Assembly: GCF_902374955.1 (NCBI RefSeq)
Contig: NZ_CABKRX010000100.1
Span: forward strand, 50,183-74,182
DNA from: Bacillus massilioanorexius
GTDB taxonomy: Bacteria > Bacillota > Bacilli > Bacillales > DSM-1321
Length of the DNA: 24,000 bases
Direction of reading: 5' to 3'
The position numbers were made by a program, and so were the translations under genes. Of the stretch, positions 9,339 to 18,293 are shown piece after piece; positions within the stretch are counted from its first letter, which is position 1; each line of letters starts with the position of its first letter. The notes beneath the pieces were generated by a model that was given only the letters and a program-made list of their open reading frames with translations, made no database searches and was not told the DNA's origin.

Positions 9339-9489
9339 TTTTCTCCTCCATTTCCTGTCAGGTTACAGGATAGTTCGTTTTTTAAATTATACACAATCAG
9401 CGTTGTTAAGTGAATATCTACAAACATATCCTAAAAGACATGAGTAAAGTACGTATCCATCTTGATTTCTTAAATGAAAATCCATTTTT

Positions 9490-9884
9490 ATAGATACGTA
9501 AATAGTATCATCTAGCTTTGATGTCCATCTAGCAGCTGAAACCTCTCGGAGTAGTGATCTAGGGTCTCACCAATATAACATGTGCATTTTTTGTAAGTCT
9601 AAATCATCACTTGGAGTAGGGGTTCTATGTAATCGGCCCACGTATATTTTATGATTATTCGAGTCGTTTGTGTATTTCCATATTTATTGAGGGATTTTTT
9701 TCCTGGCGTTTGTCTAATTCCTTTTCCTATATACAATAATCCATTTTTTCCATATATTAAACGATTCCAATAAAGGGTGTCTATTCAGTAATCAGTTACT
9801 TCATTTTGTAAAGAGTTGAGATCTTCTAGTTGATATGGACCAGACCAATCAATTTGGATAAGTTCTATGTTTACAATCTTCATT
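9490..9884 (-). pseudogene. Decayed GIY-YIG nuclease family protein
   Basis: Minus-strand conceptual translation: MKIVNIELIQIDWSGPYQLEDLNSLQNEVTDY* then LYWNRLIYGKNGLLYIGKGIRQTPGKK...IIIKIYVGRLHRTPTPSDDLDLQ...LYW*, with internal stops. Confidence 0.7.
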
Positions 9885-10256
9885 GGATAATCCTACTACT
9901 GTTCGTATAATTTAAATATACCAAAAGGAGTAGAGGTTTAGAAGAAAATGAATATTTTCTTTGTTTAAACCATTTGGTAGTGTTTTCCTCTTAAGAAATA
10001 GTAGTGTAAGAAGGAATTTCATAGAGATTTATAGAAATCATTACATAGTTGTAGTAAGAATGTTATATAAAATAGAGCAGTTATTTAACAGTTATAAAGG
10101 ATAAAAGTATATAATTTTATAAGATGAACAGTGTCTAGTCATATGACATGTCATTCATTGGTTTGAATGGATGAAAATCAAATCAACTATATTGTCAGCT
10201 TTCTTTGCTGTTAACGATGAGTAAAAAGGGGTATAACAAGATGTAGTTAAGAATTA

Positions 10257-10300
10257 TTGAAAAAATCACATTTACAAAGTATACTTTGAGTATACTTTGT
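10257..10300 (+). promoter_or_regulatory. Promoter with overlapping TetR-type operator
   Basis: TTGAAA (10257-10262)-N17-TATACT (10280-10285), overlapping the perfect inverted repeat ACAAAGTATACT-TTG-AGTATACTTTGT (10274-10300). Confidence 0.75.
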
Positions 10301-10320
10301 AGAATTGGGGTATACATATC

Positions 10321-10947
10321 ATGAAAGATAATATTATTGCCTTACATCAGAAAAACATTGCAGAGGAGGCAAAAAATTTATTTTTAGATAGGGGTTTCAA
10401 TGCTACATCGATAAATGATATTTGTTCAAAGGCTGGTTATAGCCGAAGAACGGTTTATAAGTATTTCGAGAACAAGGAAGAGATTTTATATTATCTAATT
10501 ATAGAAGGTTTGGAACAACATCTTCTACATATTGAACAAGCCGTTAAGTCAAATACATCGTTTATTAGCCGATATGAGAAGATTTGTGAGTGTATGTTAT
10601 TTTATTATGAGCATTGCTCAATATCAGCTCAATCTGTTGAACAATTCCAGAATAGTACGAACATAAAGCTGACACCCGCAGTTGAGCGTATATTGGAATT
10701 AGGTAAAAAGATAAATGATATTCTAGCTTTATGGATAAAGGAAGGAAAAGAGGAAGGCGTGTTGGACGAATCGGTTGATATCATGCCTACGGTATATATT
10801 TTATCCTCAAATTTAAATTCTTTATTTAAGCTTGTTACAACAAAAGGATCATATTTATCTAGCTCGCTTCATATGACGAAAGAAGAGTTTTTATCATATG
10901 GGTATGAGATGAATTTAAGAAGTCTTTTAAAAGAAGCTTCTCATTAA
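10321..10947 (+). CDS. TetR/AcrR family transcriptional regulator
   Basis: 'EEAKNLFLDRGFNATSINDICSKAGYSRRTVYKYFENKEEILYYLI' TetR_N HTH. Confidence 0.92.
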   Translation: MKDNIIALHQKNIAEEAKNLFLDRGFNATSINDICSKAGYSRRTVYKYFENKEEILYYLIIEGLEQHLLHIEQAVKSNTSFISRYEKICECMLFYYEHCSISAQSVEQFQNSTNIKLTPAVERILELGKKINDILALWIKEGKEEGVLDESVDIMPTVYILSSNLNSLFKLVTTKGSYLSSSLHMTKEEFLSYGYEMNLRSLLKEASH

Positions 10948-11032
10948 AAATAAACTTTCTAACCATGTAGAGAGGATTTTAAAAAGAATGATTGCATAAA
11001 CATCAATAGTGGTTTGAAAGGGAGGATTATAA

Positions 11033-12145
11033 ATGGCTAATATATCTATTCAGTCTAAGGATACGAACTCAGAATTAGATTCAAAAATAAATCAAGTGCT
11101 TTTAGAATTAATTGAACTTGGCAAAAAAAATAAAGGTCTCACTTTTGAAGAAGTTAGTCAAAAGCTTGATGCTTTCGATTTGGATGCAGAAGAAATGGAT
11201 GATATCGTTCAGTATATTAGTAATCAAGGTGTTGATTTTAAGGACGATATGAATGAAGATGATGTTGATGATGAACAACTACATGTTAAAGAAGAAATAG
11301 ATTTACATGAATTAAATGTTAATACACAGGATTTAGTCCGAATGTATTATAAGGAAATTGGTCATGTAGAATTGATTTCTGGTGAAAAAGAAATTGAATT
11401 AGCTCAGCGGATCGAAGAAGGGGATTTAGAAGCTAAACAGCATTTAGTGGAAGCCAACCTTCGTCTTGTTGTTAGTATTGCGAAGCGTTATGTGGGACGC
11501 GGTATGACAATTCTTGATTTGATACAAGAAGGAAACATGGGATTAATTAAAGCTGCTGAAAAGTTCGATTATCGAAAAGGATTTAAATTTAGTACCTATG
11601 CTACTTGGTGGATCAGACAAGCGATTACTCGTTCGATAGCGGATCAAGCGAGAACGATTCGTATCCCAGTCCATATGATTGAAACAATCAATAAATTAAT
11701 TCGTGTACAGCGTCAGCTGCATCAGGATTTAGGTAGGGAGCCTTCTCCAGAGGAAATAGGAGAAGAAATGGATCTGTCACCAGAAAAAGTGCGAGAAGTC
11801 CAAAAAGTTGCACAAGAACCAGTGTCTTTAGAGACTCCAATTGGTGAAGAGGAGGATTCTAATTTAGGTGATTTTATAGAAGATCAAGATGCTACCTCTC
11901 CATCTGAACACGCAGCATACGAAATGCTAAAGGAACAATTAGAAAATGTGCTAGATACTTTAACAGATCGTGAAGAAAATGTTCTTCGTCTACGTTTTGG
12001 ATTAGATGATGGTAGAACTAGAACGCTTGAAGAAGTCGGAAAGGTATTTGGTGTTACTCGTGAACGAATTCGTCAAATCGAAGCAAAAGCCCTTAGGAAA
12101 TTAAGACATCCTAGTAGAAGTAAAACATTAAAGGATTTTATGTAA
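11033..12145 (+). CDS. sigA: RNA polymerase primary-type sigma factor (SigA/RpoD family)
   Basis: 370 aa with full region 2-4 signatures: [71 protein letters not shown]. Confidence 0.96.
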   Translation: MANISIQSKDTNSELDSKINQVLLELIELGKKNKGLTFEEVSQKLDAFDLDAEEMDDIVQYISNQGVDFKDDMNEDDVDDEQLHVKEEIDLHELNVNTQDLVRMYYKEIGHVELISGEKEIELAQRIEEGDLEAKQHLVEANLRLVVSIAKRYVGRGMTILDLIQEGNMGLIKAAEKFDYRKGFKFSTYATWWIRQAITRSIADQARTIRIPVHMIETINKLIRVQRQLHQDLGREPSPEEIGEEMDLSPEKVREVQKVAQEPVSLETPIGEEEDSNLGDFIEDQDATSPSEHAAYEMLKEQLENVLDTLTDREENVLRLRFGLDDGRTRTLEEVGKVFGVTRERIRQIEAKALRKLRHPSRSKTLKDFM

Positions 12146-12218
12146 TAACTCATTAGCCATACTATAGGATTAGTTGAATTGGATATTTATTTCATATGTG
12201 ATTCAATATATGAAGCGT

Positions 12219-12268
12219 AGAGGCGTCAAAAAAGGAATTTAAAATCCTTTTTTGACGTCTCTTTGTAT
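12219..12268 (+). terminator. Rho-independent terminator downstream of sigA
   Basis: agaggcgtcaaaaaagga...tccttttttgacgtctct. Confidence 0.85.
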
Positions 12269-12525
12269 AATTAGTAATAGCTGCTTTAATAATATTTTCG
12301 GTTATTTTGTAATCATCCCTTGTTTCTTGCCTAATTTTTACTTTCCTTTATACAATTACGCATTAAAAATTTATCTTCGCATATTACTCCAACTATACAC
12401 TATGTATTGTGGGATTTTTCATTTATTATTAAATATTATGGATAGTTTGAACGGATTTCTTATAACGTTGAAATAGGATTAAAAGCAATCAGATCTTAAA
12501 ACACTATAAAGGGTGAGGATGCCAA

Positions 12526-13134
12526 TTGTATATACCAAAGCATTTTAAAGTTGAAGATAAAGAATTCATATATGATGTGATAAAAGAGAATAGCTTTGCA
12601 ACATTATTTACACAACATAATGGTGAACCTTATGCTACTCATCTTCCGTTGTTATTGGATGAGGATTATCATGTACTATACGGACATTTTGCACGCGCTA
12701 ATGAACAATGGAAGGATGCTTGTAGGCAAAATATTTTAGCTGTTTTTCATTGCCCTCATTGTTATATTTCACCTTCTTGGTATGAAACAATGCAAGCTGT
12801 ACCAACTTGGAACTATGTATCTGTTCATGTATACGGAAAAATGGAGATTATTGAAGATCAAGAAATGATCTTTCAATCATTTCAGAATATGATAGAAAAA
12901 TATGAAAGCCCGGATAGCTTTTATGATATGAATGATTTAGACGAGAGATTTATGCATGGGATGATGAAAGGTATTGTGGGTTTTAAAATTAATATTACAA
13001 AAATAGAAGCAAAGGCGAAATTAAGTCAAAATCATTCAAAAAAACGCCAACAATTGGTAACTCGAAAGCTAGAAAAGACATCAGACCAAGATAACCAAAA
13101 AATTGCAGAGCTAATGAGAAAAAACGTACCTTAA
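12526..13134 (+). CDS. FMN-binding negative transcriptional regulator (PaiB family)
   Basis: MYIPKHFKVEDKEFIYDVIKENSFATLFT...ATHLPLLLDEDYHVLYGHFARANEQWKD...NYVSVHVYGK, PaiB-like. Confidence 0.88.
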   Translation: MYIPKHFKVEDKEFIYDVIKENSFATLFTQHNGEPYATHLPLLLDEDYHVLYGHFARANEQWKDACRQNILAVFHCPHCYISPSWYETMQAVPTWNYVSVHVYGKMEIIEDQEMIFQSFQNMIEKYESPDSFYDMNDLDERFMHGMMKGIVGFKINITKIEAKAKLSQNHSKKRQQLVTRKLEKTSDQDNQKIAELMRKNVP

Positions 13135-13239
13135 TATAAGACTATAAGAAAGAACCCCCTGTAAAATAGGACATGGTCATAAAGGTGCTGTACTTCAATA
13201 GCAATTATTGTGAGAATAGTACCTTTAGTAACAGAAAAA

Positions 13240-13264
13240 GGCTTGGATACAGCCAAGCCAATTT
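13240..13264. terminator. Hairpin terminator, likely bidirectional
   Basis: ggcttgg-atacag-ccaagcc flanked by A-tract and T-tract, between convergent genes. Confidence 0.65.
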
Positions 13265-13294
13265 TGTGTTATTCACCCTAAGAAAAAATATCGA

Positions 13295-13642
13295 TTAGTT
13301 TGCGACGTTTTTAACGGCATCTGAAGTGGTTGAAGCGTTTAACAATGCGACACCACCGATAATGAATAGTAAGCCACTTAATGTTGCAAAGCTAAAGGGT
13401 TCATTCCATATAAGTACACCAATTAATGCGGTTAATGCTGTTCCTATTCCTGCCCAAATGGCATAGGCTAGGCTCAACGGAACAGTTTTTAGACATAGTG
13501 ATAAACAAAAAAATGCGATGAAAAAGCCAGCTACTACTCCCAAAGAGGGTAATAGATAGGTAAAACCTTCTGATAATTTAAGCATTGTTGTGCCGAATAC
13601 TTCACTTATAATAGAAATGGCTAAATACATATAACCTTTCAT
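13295..13642 (-). CDS. SMR family multidrug efflux transporter subunit
   Basis: MKGYMYLAISIISEVFGTTMLKLSEGF...LAYAIWAGIGTALTALIGVLIWNEP is a typical EmrE/EbrB-like sequence. The true start is probably 13642 rather than 13738. Confidence 0.9.
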   Translation of the reverse strand: MKGYMYLAISIISEVFGTTMLKLSEGFTYLLPSLGVVAGFFIAFFCLSLCLKTVPLSLAYAIWAGIGTALTALIGVLIWNEPFSFATLSGLLFIIGGVALLNASTTSDAVKNVAN

Positions 13643-13668
13643 GATTATGACCTCCGATTCTCTTCCGG

Positions 13669-13998
13669 TTAATGAGCTCCACCAGTTGATAACTTTAATA
13701 CCACAACTCCACCAATGATTAGGGCTAAACCTAAACATTTTTTGAAATTGATTACTTCTTTATAAACGATAACACCGACTAAGGCGGTCAAGGCTGTCCC
13801 AATTCCAGACCATATAGCATAAGCTGTCCCGAGCGGAATTGTTTTCAATGCTTGTGATAAGCAATAAAAAGCGATGCTCATTCCAAGTATTACGCCAATT
13901 GATGGAAAGAGTCTTTTAAATCCGTTGGATAGCTTTAACATAGAGCTTCCGAATACTTCACTTACGATGGCAATTGCCAAAATTACATATGGATTCAT
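13669..13998 (-). CDS. SMR family multidrug efflux transporter subunit
   Basis: MNPYVILAIAIVSEVFGSSMLKLSNGF...GTAYAIWSGIGTALTALVGVIVYKE. Confidence 0.9.
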   Translation of the reverse strand: MNPYVILAIAIVSEVFGSSMLKLSNGFKRLFPSIGVILGMSIAFYCLSQALKTIPLGTAYAIWSGIGTALTALVGVIVYKEVINFKKCLGLALIIGGVVVLKLSTGGAH

Positions 13999-14010
13999 GA
14001 TGAATGCCTC

Positions 14011-14550
14011 CTATTTCGTCATATGTATTAATCTTTGGATTACTTTTATCCGCATTTGTTCATCTAGAGGAGCAATATTAAATAACTCTGAATAATAGAG
14101 GCCATCAATGGCTAAGCGTATAATAGTTGCAGTTATAGGATCAATCAGGTCTTGTTCCACTTTAGTTTGTATATTTTGATAGCTTGTAGACATATTGCTG
14201 ATTAATTCTGGTTGTAGCATGGAAGCAGCTATAATTCCTACATTTAATTCAGCATTTTTTTCTAAATCCTCATTAGTAGTTTCTATTAAAGCACGACACC
14301 ATTTTCCTTGTTCAACGGGGTCATTTTGAGCTTTATCATTAAATGAATGTGCAAATTCTTCAAAGATATAGTTTGTTAATCCAACGAGTAATGCTTCTTT
14401 ATTGGGGAAGTGATATAATAGCCCACCTTTACTAATTCCAGCTTTTTTTGCAACCGCATCGAGAGTTAGATCATTAAAAGAGTTTTGCAGTACGAATTCT
14501 TTAGCTGATTGTAAGATTAGATTTCTTTTCATCATTGCCTTTGATTCCAT
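14011..14550 (-). CDS. TetR/AcrR family regulator of the SMR pair
   Basis: 'LILQSAKEFVLQNSFNDLTLDAVAKKAGISKGGLLYHFPNKEALLVGL'. Confidence 0.92.
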   Translation of the reverse strand: MESKAMMKRNLILQSAKEFVLQNSFNDLTLDAVAKKAGISKGGLLYHFPNKEALLVGLTNYIFEEFAHSFNDKAQNDPVEQGKWCRALIETTNEDLEKNAELNVGIIAASMLQPELISNMSTSYQNIQTKVEQDLIDPITATIIRLAIDGLYYSELFNIAPLDEQMRIKVIQRLIHMTK

Positions 14551-14570
14551 ATTATCTCAATTCCTTTAAA

Positions 14571-14627
14571 ACCGTCTAGACGGTCTTTTTTTGAAGTGAT
14601 AATACCGTCTAGACGGCTTTTTGTCAA
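14571..14627 (-). promoter_or_regulatory. Promoter with two identical palindromic operators
   Basis: Minus strand TTGACA (14627-14622)-N17-TATTAT (14604-14599). CCGTCTAGACGG occurs in the spacer (14605-14616) and again downstream (14572-14583). Confidence 0.85.
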
Positions 14628-14938
14628 GAGGTCCAGCTTCTTTTATTGTGATTGTTTGAAACTGAGGAAATTACTGACGAATCCTTACTTTTAGAAAGAG
14701 TCAAAAATTAACATTACAGAACTTAATCTATCAAAGTTTCAATTATATAATTATAAAAATGAACACTCCGTAAAAATTACATAAAGACTTCAATTAATGG
14801 ACTATAAGGCATGTACTCGATTATAAACGAGAATCATGCCTTTAAGCTTTGACATATACATGATAAATAAAGGTATTTTCGAATAAGTATCTAATTAATA
14901 TTTTTAAACTAAATGGTATTTAAAGGAAGAGGTGTGAA

Positions 14939-15337
14939 ATGAAAATAAAGGTAGTATTGATGTCATTAATGTTAGTAACTGTTCTTTCAGCGTGTTTTAA
15001 TGATAAAATTGTTACCCAATTATTGTTAGAAGGGAAAAATGAGTATTGGAAGGTAGTGGCTCAAATAGATAATCCACAATCACTTGAACCAAGTGTAAAT
15101 TATGATATCGAATTTATTGGAAAGGAAAAAGATAAACCTATAACATTTACTTATAATATTGAAAATGGTCCAATATTTTCTGATGACGGAGAGGGTGACC
15201 TTGAACATCAAAATGATTCTATTTCTCAAACGTGCTCAAATTGCGGAGAAATATCCACTAGATTAAAAATTCCGGTTTCTATTAATTGGGATAATAAAGA
15301 GGAAGAAATAACTTTAGTAGTGGTTAATAAGAAATAA
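14939..15337 (+). CDS. Hypothetical lipoprotein
   Basis: 132 aa with signal 'MKIKVVLMSLMLVTVLSAC' and RBS 'ggaagaggtg'. Confidence 0.75.
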   Translation: MKIKVVLMSLMLVTVLSACFNDKIVTQLLLEGKNEYWKVVAQIDNPQSLEPSVNYDIEFIGKEKDKPITFTYNIENGPIFSDDGEGDLEHQNDSISQTCSNCGEISTRLKIPVSINWDNKEEEITLVVVNKK

Positions 15338-15401
15338 TTAATCTAAATAAATACAAGCGGTGAATAGTTTTGAAATTCCCACATGTGTGAATGCCATGTT
15401 A

Positions 15402-15543
15402 CTCTCCCTCCGTATGCTTCTGCAAATAGATCTTTGGCGTTTCAATTTTCTCATGACCGAGTGAGTGACTAATTTTATTTATGTCAGCTGAACTCATGTA
15501 ACAAGTAATGGCAAATGTATGTCTAAAAACATGAGTGATGATT
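15402..15543 (-). pseudogene. C-terminal remnant of a tyrosine recombinase/phage integrase
   Basis: Minus-strand translation IITHVFRHTFAITCYMSSADINKISHSLGHEKIETPKIYLQKHTEG contains the RHTFA and LGHxxxxTxxIY signatures. The frame is bounded upstream by stops. Confidence 0.8.
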
Positions 15544-15658
15544 TATCATACAAAAAGGATTATCAAGTAATGAAGAGAATAGAATGTTTAGTAAACTTTT
15601 ATATCAGGAAAACCTAATTATAGTTTGCTAATTGATCTATGCGGAGGCCAAGATACAC

Positions 15659-16123
15659 GTGAATTACATTAAAGAAATGAGAGAGCTAATAGGAGAAAAA
15701 ACCATTATTACAGTTGGCTGTGGCATCATTATAGAAAACAATGAAAAAATACTTTTGCAACGGAGAGTCGATGAAGATAATTGGTGTATTCCAGGAGGTG
15801 TTATGGAGATTGGAGAAACCTTCGAGCAAACGGCAAAGAGAGAAACGAAGGAGGAAACAGGATTAGTGGTAGAGGATTTGGAACTGTTTGGAATATATTC
15901 AGGTGAGAAATGCTTTGTAGAATATCCTAATAAAGATAAAGTATTTAGTGTCCAAATCATTTTTAAAGCAAGTAAATTTGTAGGGGAACTGATACAACAA
16001 GGTATAGAAAGTAAAGAACATCTATTTTTTAATAGACACGAATTGCCAGTGAATTTAAATCCACGCCAAGAATCTTTTATAAAAGATTGGGCAAATGGAA
16101 AGCAAATACCTGTAGTCAGCTAA
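15659..16123 (+). CDS. NUDIX hydrolase
   Basis: Nudix box 'GGVMEIGETFEQTAKRETKEETGL'. GTG 15659 preceded by ggagg is a plausible start; the supplied ORF begins at 15632. Confidence 0.9.
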   Translation: MNYIKEMRELIGEKTIITVGCGIIIENNEKILLQRRVDEDNWCIPGGVMEIGETFEQTAKRETKEETGLVVEDLELFGIYSGEKCFVEYPNKDKVFSVQIIFKASKFVGELIQQGIESKEHLFFNRHELPVNLNPRQESFIKDWANGKQIPVVS

Positions 16124-16155
16124 TCCAATTCTTTCTTGAATTTGGATTGAAAAAT

Positions 16156-16190
16156 AACCACATAAAGGTTATATAAATCTTCATGTGGTT
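16156..16190. terminator. Hairpin terminator between convergent genes
   Basis: aaccacat...atgtggtt with flanking A/T tracts. Confidence 0.55.
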
Positions 16191-16804
16191 AATATTGTTT
16201 TTAAATATTTTTTCTTGACCTCTTTTCTCATTTGATGGTATAGCTCTATTTTGTCTCCGAAATATTCTATACTTTCAATGTCTTTATATTTAGTAGCTGT
16301 TTTTAGTTTCTTTACAGAATTACTTGAATCTAGGTTATACTTTCCTTGATACATTCCAACAATAACGTATGTTTTATCTTCATCAAGTGGTCTAAGAAAT
16401 AATAAGTAATGATCTTTGTCGTTCATCACATTATATCCTTCTAGACTATAGAATGTTTTATTAAAAAAATAACTCGGTTCATACACTGAAATAAAAGAAC
16501 GACGATTCGCTTTCCCTTTATAAATTTTTTTTATCTGAACGAGTGATTTAGAAGCTCTAACGCCATTCTGATCAATTGTGTTTCTTTTTCCTGTGAATTG
16601 AACCTTAACTATTAGTGTGGAGTATTTTTCTAATTGATTAAGATTTTTCATAATGATGTAATCTGTTTGTCCGAGAGAATTTACAATCTTATAATTAGAC
16701 GTTTCTTTTCTTTTGGGATTCATTTTTGAGCTTGGCTTTTCCATTAATATAAATACGAATAATATCATCAGAGATAGAAGCGAGGCTAGAACTTTTTTTG
16801 TCAT
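16181..16804 (-). CDS. Hypothetical secreted/membrane-anchored protein
   Basis: N-terminal hydrophobic segment 'KKVLASLLSLMILFVFILM'; aggtgag upstream of ATG 16804. Confidence 0.65.
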   Translation of the reverse strand: MTKKVLASLLSLMILFVFILMEKPSSKMNPKRKETSNYKIVNSLGQTDYIIMKNLNQLEKYSTLIVKVQFTGKRNTIDQNGVRASKSLVQIKKIYKGKANRRSFISVYEPSYFFNKTFYSLEGYNVMNDKDHYLLFLRPLDEDKTYVIVGMYQGKYNLDSSNSVKKLKTATKYKDIESIEYFGDKIELYHQMRKEVKKKYLKTILTT

Positions 16805-16887
16805 TTCTCTCACCTAAAATTTCCAATTTTCTTCATTATAAGTAGTATAGGAAGAGTTGTATAGAAGGAGAAATTTATATAGGCAGA

Positions 16888-17295
16888 TTATATTTGTTTT
16901 GTCATGAATATACTGTTAGGGTCCTCTGAATAATTTGAAAATGGTTTACAATGCGTAAAACCAAAACTTTCATAAAGTTTTCTAGCTGGTTCAAAGGCTT
17001 CCATGGAACCTGTTTCCAGACTAATTCTAGTATAGCCACGAAGAAAGGCTTCATTAAGAATGTGTTCAAGGATTCGTTTAGCTACACCTTTTCTTAAATG
17101 CATTGATGATGTCCGCATAGATTTAATTTCACCATGAACAGAATTCAATTCTTTTAAAGCTCCACAACCGACTAGCTCGTTATGCTCCCATGCACTCCAA
17201 AATGTGATGTCTGAGTTCGACAATTTTTCAATATTTAAAGCGTGTATGCTCTCTTTTGGAGAATGCATCGCCATCCCATGAAGATGTTCATTCAC
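16888..17295 (-). CDS. GNAT family N-acetyltransferase (N-terminus possibly damaged)
   Basis: 'LVGCGALKELNSVHGEIKSMRTSSMHLRKGVAKRILEHILNEAFLRGYTRISLETGSMEAFEPARKLYESFGF'. Confidence 0.88.
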   Translation of the reverse strand: MNEHLHGMAMHSPKESIHALNIEKLSNSDITFWSAWEHNELVGCGALKELNSVHGEIKSMRTSSMHLRKGVAKRILEHILNEAFLRGYTRISLETGSMEAFEPARKLYESFGFTHCKPFSNYSEDPNSIFMTKQI

Positions 17296-17718
17296 TAATT
17301 GAAGAACTTTAGGGTTTGTTTAAATGATCCACAACGATTCTCAAACTATCATCCCCTTTTTCTTTTTTCTTATTAGATTATTAAAATATTTACATTTTCT
17401 CATTTTAGTAAAACTATATGTATGTGATCTTCCTATTTCCCGTAAATATTTAGATAGTATGGGCTAAGCCCTCATTGTAGAATCCTAGTTTTAGTCTCTT
17501 GTATAATAATCATCATTTTTGATAGGCTCTTATCTTTCTATTAGAGATTTATTTCTTAGATAATATTCTACAACTTATTCTGAATGTTTCTCATTCAAAA
17601 TTTTTAATTATAGGTGTTTGGTTTCGTACAGAAGCTCCATAATACCTCTCCAATTAAAGATTTTATTATTATATTATATATTTTATAGGATGTAGTTGCT
17701 CAGTTTTTCGATAATATA

Positions 17719-17747
17719 TTGACATTGTTTTCTTTATCAAGTAATAT
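17719..17747 (+). promoter_or_regulatory. Promoter of the T-box/argS transcript
   Basis: TTGACA (17719-17724)-N17-TAATAT (17742-17747). Confidence 0.8.
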
Positions 17748-17782
17748 GGCTAAAAATAAATACAGTAAAATTCAATGAAAAA

Positions 17783-18004
17783 GAGAGTAGTCCATTATGA
17801 AATGGAAAGCGAGTTAGGGGTGGTGAGAGCCTAATGCAGGACAGATGGATGAAACGCACTTTGGAGAAATTTCTTGAACGAACAGTAGAGAACATCGGGG
17901 AGACACCTCGTTAATAATAGAAAGCGGTCACAATATGTGGCAACTAGAGTGGTACCACGGGAAAAAAAGCTCTCGTCTCTGATTTAGAGATGAGAGCTTT
18001 TTTA
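17783..18004 (+). ncRNA. T-box leader riboswitch (predicted tRNA-Arg responsive, specifier CGC)
   Basis: agagtagtcc Stem I start; apical ttaggggtggtgagagcctaa; specifier region gaaaCGCact (17855-17857); T-box AGAGTGGTACCACGG (17946-17960); terminator agctctcgtctct...agagatgagagctttttt. Confidence 0.9.
17968..18004 (+). terminator. T-box intrinsic terminator
   Basis: agctctcgtctct-gattt-agagatgagagct followed by T6. Confidence 0.85.
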
Positions 18005-18293
18005 TTTTGGCTGTTTTCGTGGACATTGTTGACCTATGAACAATTCGTCAATATTGGTTGGGGTGAATTCCGGTCCAGAATGGTGGGCGATGAGTCTCCT
18101 CAGCGAATAAAGGGTGTGGGGTTTCATTTGTCCATCTGCTCCCGCTCCAATGCTTTATTATGCTCTTCTTATTCACTGAACATAAAAAAATAGCCTTTTA
18201 GAAAACAGCCTTTATTTTCAAGACAATTAGGGGCTAGTTAACTGTATCTGGACAGAATGACAAAGGTCCGATTCTATAATGGAGGAGAAGAAA

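Noticed and set aside
12252-12476. 74-aa plus ORF after sigA
   Set aside because: It starts in the sigA terminator, lacks an RBS, and its hydrophobic composition is expected from AT-rich noncoding DNA.
13669-13738. Apparent overlap of the two SMR genes (ORF start at 13738)
   Set aside because: The homologous start MKGYMY at 13642 removes the overlap; the long N-terminal extension is antisense/out-of-frame read of the neighbour.
17990-18193. 67-aa plus ORF directly after the T-box
   Set aside because: It starts inside the terminator stem (atgagagctttttt), has no RBS and has unlikely composition.
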